From an uncultured delta proteobacterium (GTDB lineage Bacteria; Desulfobacterota; Binatia; Binatales; Binataceae), in the NCBI GenBank assembly GCA_963794325.1, contig CAWCDG010000005.1, positions 160,001-224,000 on the forward strand: 64,000 nt of DNA, read 5' to 3'. The notes beneath the pieces were generated by a model. It was not told the DNA's origin. It saw only the letters and a program-made list of their open reading frames with translations, and did not search any database. Shown one piece after another: positions 49,909-58,533 of the stretch; within the stretch, counting starts at the first letter, position 1; every line of letters begins with the position of its first letter. The translations under genes were made by a program, and so were the position numbers.

Positions 49909-50430
49909 ATGACTGCCGAAGAAATCAAAAAGCTCATTCGCAACATACCGGACTTTCCGAAGCCCGGAATAATGTTCAGAGACTTCACTCCGCTGATCGC
50001 CGACGCGCGCGGTTTCGCGGCGGTGGTCGATCAGTTGGCCGAGCCTTATCTCGGTAAAGTTGACGCCGTCGTCGGAATCGAATCGCGCGGCTTCATCATC
50101 GGCGCGCCCGTCGCGTATCGATTGGGCGTGGGCCTCGCAATCGCGCGCAAGCCCGGCAAGCTCCCCTTTCATACTTACGATCAGGCGTACGATCTGGAGT
50201 ACGGCAGCGCGTCGTTGCAGATGCATCAGGACGCGCTTGCCGGCAAAGGTCGCGTGCTCCTGGTTGACGACCTGCTGGCGACTGGCGGCACTGCGTCCGC
50301 GGCGATACAACTGATCAATAAAATCGGTGGCAACGTGATCGGATGCGCATTCGTGGTCGAGCTCAACGCGCTCAACGGACGCGCTCGTCTCGCACCAGTA
50401 AACTGCTTCTCGCTGATACACTATGATTAA
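49909..50430 (+). CDS. apt: Adenine phosphoribosyltransferase
   Basis: IPDFPKPGIMFRD, GIESRGF, RKPGKLP, LEYG, VDDLLATGGT. Confidence 0.96.
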   Translation: MTAEEIKKLIRNIPDFPKPGIMFRDFTPLIADARGFAAVVDQLAEPYLGKVDAVVGIESRGFIIGAPVAYRLGVGLAIARKPGKLPFHTYDQAYDLEYGSASLQMHQDALAGKGRVLLVDDLLATGGTASAAIQLINKIGGNVIGCAFVVELNALNGRARLAPVNCFSLIHYD

Positions 50431-50433
50431 ACA

Positions 50434-51357
50434 ATGCGTACTCCGGCCGACAATCACGCACCGAGCGCGGATGCTCATGCACAATCGGATCAGCGCCGCC
50501 TCCTGATCGTCCTCGGCGTCACGTCGGCATATTTCGCGACCGAACTCATCGGCGGCTACCTGACCGGGAGCCTCGCGCTGCTCTCCGATGCGGTCCACAT
50601 GCTCACCGACATCTGTGCGCTATGCCTCGGCATGCTGACGCTGTGGATTTCGACGCGGCCCGCCTCGTCGGCGAAAACCTACGGCTACCTCCGCGCTGAG
50701 ATCCTCGGCGCACTGCTGAATGGACTCTTCCTTTGGGTGCTCGTTGTCTTCATCTGGATCGAGGCGTTCGGACGGCTCAGAAACCCGCGCCCGGTTTCGG
50801 GGCTGGCCGTGATGGCGATCGCTATCGTCGGCATCTGCGTCAACACCTTCTCCGCGTGGATGACCTCTGCCGACGCGGCCGGCGGTCACCGACACGGAAT
50901 GGCTATGCGATCGGTCTTCGTGCACGTCGCTTCCGATCTCATCGGCTCGATCGGCGTGCTCGCGTCAGGCGCACTGAACTATTTCACCGGATGGATGCAG
51001 GCCGACCCCGCAGTGAGCATATTTATAGGATGCCTGGTGCTGTACGGCTCGTGGGGCCTGGTGCGCGAGGGCGTCGACATCCTGATGGAATCGGTGCCGC
51101 GACATATCGACCTCGACGAAATGCGCACCGACCTGCTGGCGGTCAGCGGCACCGAAGAAGTTCACGACCTTCACGTCTGGTGCCTGACAACGCGGCAAAT
51201 AGCGCTATCGGCGCATGCGGTGGTCGCAGCGGGCGCGGATCGCGATCGAGTGCTCGCCGACATGTGCCATCTGCTGCAGACCAAGTTCGACATCCATCAC
51301 CTGACCTTGCAACTCGAATGCGACAATCGACGCCCTCACGAGCCGGAACATTTCTGA
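50434..51357 (+). CDS. Cation diffusion facilitator (CzcD/ZitB-like)
   Basis: SLALLSDAVHMLTD, TYGYLRAE, HVASD, VHDLHVW. Confidence 0.92.
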   Translation: MRTPADNHAPSADAHAQSDQRRLLIVLGVTSAYFATELIGGYLTGSLALLSDAVHMLTDICALCLGMLTLWISTRPASSAKTYGYLRAEILGALLNGLFLWVLVVFIWIEAFGRLRNPRPVSGLAVMAIAIVGICVNTFSAWMTSADAAGGHRHGMAMRSVFVHVASDLIGSIGVLASGALNYFTGWMQADPAVSIFIGCLVLYGSWGLVREGVDILMESVPRHIDLDEMRTDLLAVSGTEEVHDLHVWCLTTRQIALSAHAVVAAGADRDRVLADMCHLLQTKFDIHHLTLQLECDNRRPHEPEHF

Positions 51358-51361
51358 TCGT

Positions 51362-51997
51362 ATGAATACTGGAAAAACCATCTTCTACGACCTCAACACG
51401 CAGCGCGATTTCATCCTGCACGACGGCAAATTTCACATCGAAGGCGCCGAAGATCTCATACCGAAGTGGAAAGCGATTACCGATCTCGCACGCGAGGAGC
51501 AGGTCCGCGTCGTATGCTCGGTCGATTGTCATGTCGCCGGTGACCCGCAGCTGAAAAGTTGGGGCGGACCGTATCCCGATCATTGCATGGCGGGCACTCC
51601 CGGCCAGGAAAAAATCGACGAAACCAAACCGCTCAATCCGTTAACGCTGGAAAACCGCGAATACACGGCCGACGAGATTCAGAAAGTTCTCAATCACCCT
51701 GGAGAGATCGTTTTTCGGCGCCAGCAATTCGAAAAGCTTGCGGACAACCCCCACCTGAGCGCGATCCTGCGGCTCGTCCTGCACCCCTACACCGACATCG
51801 TGATGTACGGCGTGTACACCGAGGCATGCGTCGCGCGCGAGATTAGCGGGCTGATGGGCGTCGGCCCGAAACTCCATATCATCACCGACGCCGTCGCCGT
51901 TGCCGGGGAGGAAACCCCAACCTTCCACGAAAAATTGCAGCAGGAAGGCGTCGATCTGCTCTCCTTCGACGAATTGAAACTGCGGATCCTCAACTGA
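51362..51997 (+). CDS. Isochorismatase/nicotinamidase-family protein
   Basis: DLNTQRDF, VDCH, PDHCMAGT.G, GVYTEACV. Confidence 0.85.
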   Translation: MNTGKTIFYDLNTQRDFILHDGKFHIEGAEDLIPKWKAITDLAREEQVRVVCSVDCHVAGDPQLKSWGGPYPDHCMAGTPGQEKIDETKPLNPLTLENREYTADEIQKVLNHPGEIVFRRQQFEKLADNPHLSAILRLVLHPYTDIVMYGVYTEACVAREISGLMGVGPKLHIITDAVAVAGEETPTFHEKLQQEGVDLLSFDELKLRILN

Positions 51998-52891
51998 TGG
52001 CCACCTCTGAACCGCTCGAGCATCGTTCCGATGACGATCGCGCGCCTGAGTTCTACGAAGATCCGTGGGTTGCGCCGCCGTTTCAGCCGATCCGGGCGAT
52101 CGGCGCACTCATCCTGATCGCAAGCGGCTTCGGACTCTACGAATACGTGCTGGTGTCGTTCTGGTCGGTGCCTTGGATGGGCATCCACGATCGAATCCCA
52201 TGGCCCGCATTCGCGATCCTCGCAGCCGCGATCGTGTTGTCGATCGCAGGACTCCGACTCGCGCTGGGGCTCCATTCGCCGCACGCCAAACTCGGATTCG
52301 GCCTGTTCGCATTCCTGGCATGCATCGTAGTCGGAGCAGGCGGCGGCCGATTCGTCAGCTACGCGATGCGCGCGACCCTCAATCCGCCCTTCACATTGAA
52401 GCTGGCGGTCGGACAACGATTCCCAGGTTTCGCGCTTACCGATCAAAACGGCTCGATTCACCACGGCCCGGCTTCTTCCGGCGCCGACGCGACGTTGATC
52501 TATGTCTATCGCGGCGACTACGACCCCTTCGCGCGCTTCGAACTCGCAGAACTAACTGCGCACGGCGAGCGACTTTCGCCGCGCCGGCATCGATACGCTC
52601 GCTATCAGCACCGATCAGGTCGAGCGATCGAAGATGCTTGCAGGATTTCTCCGCACGAGAATCCCAATGCTGAGTGACACCAGCGAATCGCTCGTCGCAC
52701 AGCTCGGTCTCGTGCAACACCATCGCAACGGCGAGCCTGACAACGCGATACCGGCATTTTTTATCGTCGATCGAAATGGCGTCGTGAGATGGATCTTCAC
52801 GTCACCGTACTATCGCGAATTGCCGCGCCCCGACGCGCTCCTCGACGCCGCGAAGTCGATCATCGCATCGCCGCCAGCATCGCCGCAGTAG
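51997..52891 (+). CDS. Membrane-anchored AhpC/TSA-like redoxin (apparent +1 frameshift near 52565)
   Basis: Three TM helices, VGQRFPGFALTDQNG, YRGDYDPFA; second frame AISTD...LSD..PAFFIVDRNGVVRW. Confidence 0.7.
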
Positions 52892-53523
52892 CAATCGCAG
52901 GCGAGTCGGCGCCGAATATCGCTCCGATCGAAGCAACCCCCGCCGGCCGCGCAGTCGCATCGGGCGACGCAAACAACTCACTCGCGCGCTCGGGCGTAAT
53001 TCCTCCGAGCGCAAAAACCGGAATCGCGCCCGCGCGGCACGCAGCCTCGAGTCCGCTCGCGCCCCATGCAGGACCTGTGGCTGGTTTCGAAATCGGATCG
53101 AAAATCGGCCCGAAGACTGCGAAGTCAGCACCCTCGCGCGCGGCACCAGACACATCAGGCGGCGAATGACTCGACACACCGATGAGTTTTTCGGTCCCCA
53201 GCAACCGGCGCGCCATACTGACGCCAATCGAATTGAACGGAAGATGAACCCCGTCAGCGCCCGCCGCAATCGCCACATCAACCCGCTCGTTCACAATCAG
53301 CGGCGCCCCCGCCCGACGTACATATCTCGCGAAGCCGGAGCGCCAGCTCATAGAGTTCGCGCGCCGGCAAATCCTTCTCGCGAAGCTGCAACGCAACAGT
53401 TCCAGGCGGCGCGGCCGACAGCGCCGCCTCGCACGCGGTGATCAGATCGCCACCCTTTACAACATGCCGATCAGTAATAAGGTAAAGCCGAAACGTCAGC
53501 CGCGGTTGGCGCAAGTCATTCAC
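52860..53523 (-). CDS. thiE: Thiamine-phosphate synthase (apparent frameshift near 53312)
   Basis: LYLITDR..LQLREKDL in one frame; LIVNERVDVA..ADGVHL..GVSSH..FALGGI in the other. Confidence 0.9.
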
Positions 53524-53530
53524 ACCTCTT

Positions 53531-53566
53531 GTTCCCCTTCCCGTTCGGGAGTAGGGGTTAGGTTAC
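53531..53566. repeat. Palindromic repeat between thiG and thiE
   Basis: gttccccttcccgttcgggagtaggggttaggttac is a reverse copy of the 12764 type. Confidence 0.65.
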
Positions 53567-54354
53567 CCTATCAACCCCGTCAACGGACTTGATGCGGTCG
53601 CATAAAGCTTCCGCTCGATTCTCCCCGCGCGATACGCAATCCTGCCCGCCTCGACTGCGAGCTTCATCGCTCGCGCCATCGCAATCGGATCCTTTGCGCC
53701 CGCGATCGCGGTGTTCATCAGGACGCCGTCGCATCCGAGTTCCATCGCGACCGCCGCGTCCGACGCGGTGCCGACGCCCGCATCGACGATCACCGGCACC
53801 TTCGCCTGTTCGATAATGATCGCGAGGTTGAATGGATTGCGGATTCCCAGCCCCGATCCAATCGGCGCCGCCAGCGGCATCACCGCGACGCATCCAATTT
53901 CCTGAAGGCGCAAACAGCTGACCGGATCGTCGGTGATGTACGGCATCACCTTGAATCCCTCTTTGACGAGCACGCGCGCCGCTTCGAGCGTCGCGGCGAC
54001 ATCCGGAAACAGCGTCTGTTTATCGCCAATCACCTCGAGCTTCACCAACTCGCCGACTCCAACCTCGCGCGCGAGCCGGCAAGTGCGAATCGCCTCCTCG
54101 GCCGTGAAACATCCGGCGGTGTTGGGCAGAATCTGATACCGCTTTGGATCAAGGTAATCGAGCAGATTTTCCTTGCCGCGATCCGTGATATTCACGCGCC
54201 GCACGGCGACCGTCACGATTTCAGCGCCGCTCTCTTCGACCGCCGCCTTGGTCTCGGCAAAATCGCGATACTTGCCAGTCCCGACAATCAGCCGCGACTT
54301 ATATTTCCTGCCACCTAGTTCAAAGTGTGTATCGTTCATTTTCTCAGTGTCCAT
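53563..54354 (-). CDS. thiG: Thiazole synthase
   Basis: [45 protein letters not shown]. Confidence 0.97.
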   Translation of the reverse strand: MDTEKMNDTHFELGGRKYKSRLIVGTGKYRDFAETKAAVEESGAEIVTVAVRRVNITDRGKENLLDYLDPKRYQILPNTAGCFTAEEAIRTCRLAREVGVGELVKLEVIGDKQTLFPDVAATLEAARVLVKEGFKVMPYITDDPVSCLRLQEIGCVAVMPLAAPIGSGLGIRNPFNLAIIIEQAKVPVIVDAGVGTASDAAVAMELGCDGVLMNTAIAGAKDPIAMARAMKLAVEAGRIAYRAGRIERKLYATASSPLTGLIG

Positions 54355-54381
54355 TCCCTGCGGTAGCGGTACTGAAACGAT

Positions 54382-54600
54382 TCAGCCGCCACCGACGAAA
54401 TTTATTATCTCCACCTGATCCCCCACTCTCACAACCGTCGCGTCGTAATTAGCCTTCGGCACAATCTCGCGATTGATCTCGACTGCGACGCGCCCGCGCC
54501 GCATCTTCAGGCGCTCGAGCAACTCGGTCAGTGGCGTATCGCCGCTGACCGGATACGAGTCCCCGTTGAGTATAATTGAACTTGCGATGGAGTCCGGCAT
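54382..54600 (-). CDS. thiS: Sulfur carrier protein
   Basis: VAVEINREIVP, C-terminal FVGGG. Confidence 0.95.
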   Translation of the reverse strand: MPDSIASSIILNGDSYPVSGDTPLTELLERLKMRRGRVAVEINREIVPKANYDATVVRVGDQVEIINFVGGG

Positions 54601-54662
54601 TATTGAGCCGCTTCCCCGGTGTGGAGAAGCGGCCCAGGCGCAGCCGCGAACGTTGCGCCATT

Positions 54663-54748
54663 GGCTTCCCTACGCCGGCATTACCCGGATCAGGTTCGAG
54701 GGGTTCTCCCGAGGGAGCTCTCAGTGCGTGTTATGCACACCCCCAGCC
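54663..54748 (-). ncRNA. TPP riboswitch
   Basis: Minus strand GGGGTG..CTGAGA..CCCTCGAACCTGATCCGGGTAATGCCGGCGTAGGGAAG, upstream of thiSGE. Confidence 0.95.
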
Positions 54749-54757
54749 TGCGATCCG

Positions 54758-54786
54758 ACTATACGACTCCCGCCGCGAACTGTCAA
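54758..54786 (-). promoter_or_regulatory. Sigma-70 promoter of the thi operon
   Basis: Minus strand TTGACA-17 nt-TATAGT, ending about 10 nt before the riboswitch. Confidence 0.85.
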
Positions 54787-54795
54787 AAATCCGCT

Positions 54796-55355
54796 CTTCG
54801 CCTCTCCCGTCGGGAGAGGATTTAAGGAGAGGGACTTTATTCAGCGCGCGGCTTCGCGCGCGATTCAAGATTTTGGTTCCTTGCGTGCCTTGTGTTCTTC
54901 TCCGAAACTGCAAAATTCCCGCAATCATGCCCTCGTCCGAAGCATCTCACGAAACTGCGCGCAGACTACGCCGTGAGCAAACTCCTGGGGAGCAGGTCCT
55001 CTGGCGGCATTTGCGAACTAAACGCATGTGCAACGTGAAATTCCGCCGCCAACATCCTATCGGTCCGTACTTCGTCGACTTCTGCTCGATTCAACGAAAA
55101 TTGATCGTCGAGATCGATGGCGGACAGCACGCCGAACGATCCGCCGAAGATGAGGTTCGCAGCTCCTTTCTCAAATCGTACGGCTACCGCGTGCTGCGAT
55201 TTTGGAATCACCAGGTGTTGGAGAGCATCGACGAAGTGCTGGCTGAGATCGAGAAATTCCTGGGCGCAGATTCTTCAGAATCTTGAATCGCGCGCGATGA
55301 CGCGCGCTGAATAAGGTCCCTCTCCTTAAATCCTCTCCCGTCGGGAGAGGGGAAC
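54796..55355 (+). mobile_element. Putative 560-bp DUF559 mini-element
   Basis: 72-bp inverted repeats 54801-54872 and 55279-55350 (4 mismatches); direct repeat AAAATCCGCT at 54786-54795 and 55356-55365. Confidence 0.7.
54927..55286 (+). CDS. DUF559 / Vsr-like endonuclease-domain protein (119 aa)
   Basis: ARRLRREQT..E..LW..LR, KFRRQHPIGPYFVDF, LIVEIDGGQH, D..R..FL...GYRVLRFWN. Confidence 0.92.
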   Translation: MPSSEASHETARRLRREQTPGEQVLWRHLRTKRMCNVKFRRQHPIGPYFVDFCSIQRKLIVEIDGGQHAERSAEDEVRSSFLKSYGYRVLRFWNHQVLESIDEVLAEIEKFLGADSSES

Positions 55356-55457
55356 AAAATCCGCTGCTATGCTTGAGGCTTTGTGGGTGTCGGAATGGCG
55401 GACTCGAGTGCCACTATGCTAATCCGAAATCGATCCCAGGACCTGACAGGAGCCGCT

Positions 55458-56225
55458 ATGCCAGCTGCATCGGAGATCCTTGACCAAATAATCGACGGGG
55501 CGGGATTCGTTCTGATCCCGAAACTGATCGATGCGGCCGATGCGGCGCAGGCGCGCTCGCTGGCATTGGAAGTTGCCGCCTCGCCGTCTGCGGCCTATTT
55601 CGGCAAACTCAACGAAAAGATTCGCCAGCAGCACGTTCGCGGCCTGCTCGCGCACGGCGAGATTTTCGAGCGTCTCGTGCAGCATCCTGCACTAATCGAA
55701 ATCGCCGAGGCGATGCTCGGCGACGACATGACGCTCGGTGCCTACTCCGCACGAATTCTGCATCCGGGAGCGATCGAGATGGGCGTGCATATCGACTATC
55801 CGTACTGGGCGATGCGCGGGCCGTTCACATTGCGGCCGCCGCTCATGATGCAAGTCATTTGGCTGCTGCAGGAATTTACTGAAAAGAACGGCGCAACGCT
55901 GGTCGCGCCGCGCAGCCAATTGCGATGCGCCCGGCCGAATCGCGAGGCCTTCGCGCGCGAGGCCATCAAAATAACCGGCGCTGCCGGCGACGCGATCATT
56001 TCGCATGGATTGCTATGGCACGACACTTCGCAAAATCACACCAACGAGCCGCGCGTCGCTCTCTTGATCAACTACGGTATGAAGGTGATTCGGCCGCTCG
56101 ATTCCGAGATCGCAAAAGTTCCGCCCGCCGTCCTGCAACGCGCGACGCCTAAACTCCGCCAGTTGCTCGGACTGGAATTCGGCAATTCACTCGCCCGCGA
56201 TCTGACCAGAGGCGGCCTGTACTGA
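55458..56225 (+). CDS. Phytanoyl-CoA dioxygenase-family Fe(II)/2OG enzyme
   Basis: HID (HxD), NGAT..PRS, LWH, R; AGGAG RBS before ATG 55458. Confidence 0.85.
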   Translation: MPAASEILDQIIDGAGFVLIPKLIDAADAAQARSLALEVAASPSAAYFGKLNEKIRQQHVRGLLAHGEIFERLVQHPALIEIAEAMLGDDMTLGAYSARILHPGAIEMGVHIDYPYWAMRGPFTLRPPLMMQVIWLLQEFTEKNGATLVAPRSQLRCARPNREAFAREAIKITGAAGDAIISHGLLWHDTSQNHTNEPRVALLINYGMKVIRPLDSEIAKVPPAVLQRATPKLRQLLGLEFGNSLARDLTRGGLY

Positions 56226-56234
56226 GATGCCCTG

Positions 56235-56735
56235 ATGGAAGAGGCAAAGCTTGGACCGTACGTGGTAAAGCGCCGGGACGGTGGATTGGAATTCGTCCCG
56301 TCCTCGATGCTGGCCATCTTCATGCTCGTGGGATTCAGCGCGGGAGCCGCGCTTTTCCTGTGCATCTCGATTCACTTTTTTCGGCATCCGCTGATGTTGT
56401 TTGGACCAACTCTCCTTCTAGCAGGATGTCTGATTGCCGCGATGGCGATACGCGCCTGGCGCACCCGCGGCACTCCGCTAAAAGTTGAAAATGGAGGCCG
56501 AGTCAGCTACGGCCAACGCGAACTATGCGCCGCAGGCACCGTTCGATGCGTCCGGATCGTCCCCTCGGTCGGCGGCGAAGGAGGCGAGTGCGACGTGCAA
56601 CTGGAGCAGGTAGACGGAAAGTTAGTGTCGATACCCTCGCAATACTTCGCCGGCTTCGGGTCGTACGCGCACGCGCGCCCGTTCGCCGCAGAATTCGCAA
56701 AGGCATTAGGAGTCCAAGTCACTGAATCGCACTGA
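56235..56735 (+). CDS. Hypothetical 2-TM membrane protein
   Basis: Two hydrophobic helices followed by a beta-rich domain. Confidence 0.6.
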   Translation: MEEAKLGPYVVKRRDGGLEFVPSSMLAIFMLVGFSAGAALFLCISIHFFRHPLMLFGPTLLLAGCLIAAMAIRAWRTRGTPLKVENGGRVSYGQRELCAAGTVRCVRIVPSVGGEGGECDVQLEQVDGKLVSIPSQYFAGFGSYAHARPFAAEFAKALGVQVTESH

Positions 56736-56764
56736 CGACGCTGAAGCGGGAGGATGCGCATATC

Positions 56765-58016
56765 GTGATCTCAGAAGCGCTTGCGAAGATTGCCAGGGAG
56801 CGCGGATGGTCCGACGAGTTGACCCATCGGATTGCCGCAGCACGCGTGCCGCTTTCGTCCCTCTATTCATGGACCTGGTTTGAACTTTCGCCCGAGCAGA
56901 CTGCGGCGCAGCTTGGATGGTACGAGCGGATGACGACCGGCGACCTGCGCGGGCGCGACGCTACCTATGCCGACAACGAGGAGTTCTCGGCGATGTGGTC
57001 CGACTCCCCCGAGGAAGTCGCCGGATGGGAAATTATCGTCGAGCGCGGGCCTGACGCTTTCGCGCAATTCAGGCTGCAGCAGAATGTTCAAATTCCGATC
57101 CTGTTGCTCGGTCCTGAAATCGTCGCGTGCTGCGCGTTCTCGCGCCGCAAGGTGCTGATCGATGGGCGCCCCTTCTCGGTGCAATACGGACAGGCGCTGC
57201 GTGTGAGGCGCGCCTATCGCCGGCTTGGCTACGGAGACCAGGTCCGCCGGCTCGCGATGCCGCCGGGAATTGCGCGGCCGTCAGTCGGCCAATACGACAT
57301 CATGCGCTCACAAAACTTTCGCGGTGGTAAATTGGTGGCAGAAGTACAGCCCGCAGTTTTTCGAGAATACACCCACTCGCGAAGGCTCGGTGCCGGGTCT
57401 CTCGATTTCCATTGCGCAATTCCCCGCCGACGCGTGCGCCGATGCCGATCGCGCAATCCGCCCAGCGCGGCGCGAGGATCTGGCCGCGTGCGCGACGCTC
57501 ATTAATCGCACTCACGCCGGTATGGATCTGTTCCGGCCTTACAGCGCAGAGTTTCTCGAAGATGTGCTCGACGAAGGCTTCTGGGGCGATCGGCCGAAGA
57601 CGACCGGCAACCCCCAGATAGACTGGTGGAAGAGCGTTTACGGATGGACCGACTACGTTGTGCTCGAAGAGGCGGGACGTATCCGCGCGTGCGGCGGCCT
57701 GTGGGATCGCGGCCGCGATATGCGCGAGCAGTGGCGTCGTATCGGCGGCGATGAGCATCGCTCGATCGCGATCGGCTGCGTGCTCGATTTCGGATACGAC
57801 GACGGCGCCGAGGAGTGCATGGCGCGTCTGCTCCGACGGATGATCGGGCGCACGCATGAGCTGGGTCGCGACTACCTGGCGATTCCGATCGAGCATCTGC
57901 CAAAGCTGGTCGCGATGATGGAGAAGTCGCGTCCCGAACTCGACACGCGCGCCTTGCGCTGGGGTCTCAAGGAGCCGCCGATCACCCGTCCGTACACGGA
58001 CCTCCGCTATTGGTAG
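56765..58016 (+). CDS. Hypothetical protein with GNAT-like segments (apparent +1 frameshift near 57317)
   Basis: LRVRRAYRRLGYG resembles the acetyl-CoA motif A; second half begins IRPARREDLAACATLIN. Confidence 0.6.
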
Positions 58017-58047
58017 TCGAGCGCGCCTTTTTTCGCCGAGAGCCGTC

Positions 58048-58533
58048 ATGAGTACCACGCATACAATCATCGTCAACGGTCAGCCGCACCGGGTGACCGT
58101 CGATCACTACGAGACTCCCCTGCTCTACGTCCTGCGCGACGACCTGCGGCTCAAAGGGACTCGCTTCGGATGCGGCAACGGGAGCTGCGGTGCATGCACG
58201 GTGCTGATCGAAGGCCATGCGCAGCGCTCGTGCGAGCTGCCGGTGTGGTCCGTCGAAGGCAAATCGATCACGACAGTCGAGGGCCTCGGCACGCTCGACC
58301 GGCCACATCCACTGCAGCGTGCGTTTATCGATTTCCAGGCCGGCCAGTGCGGCTACTGCCTGTCTGGAATCATCATGACGGCGGCGGAGTTGATCGGAAG
58401 CGGTGGTGAGCCTTCGCGCGAGAAAATCGTCGCGGCGCTTGACGCCAATCTCTGCCGATGCGGCGCGCATACGCGAATCGTCAAGGCGATCGAAGCCGCG
58501 TGGAAAGCGTCAGTCACGGAAGGCGCGCGATGA
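58048..58533 (+). CDS. [2Fe-2S] small subunit, xanthine dehydrogenase family
   Basis: GCGNGSCGACTV, QCGYC, NLCRCG. Confidence 0.93.
   Translation: MSTTHTIIVNGQPHRVTVDHYETPLLYVLRDDLRLKGTRFGCGNGSCGACTVLIEGHAQRSCELPVWSVEGKSITTVEGLGTLDRPHPLQRAFIDFQAGQCGYCLSGIIMTAAELIGSGGEPSREKIVAALDANLCRCGAHTRIVKAIEAAWKASVTEGAR

Noticed and set aside
52490-52540. Selenocysteine redoxin
   Set aside because: No in-frame TGA at the Cys positions; the codons are GAC and GCG.
54576-54926. 236-aa long form of the DUF559 ORF
   Set aside because: The extension runs antisense through the TPP riboswitch and thi promoter and across the left repeat; the domain begins at ATG 54927.
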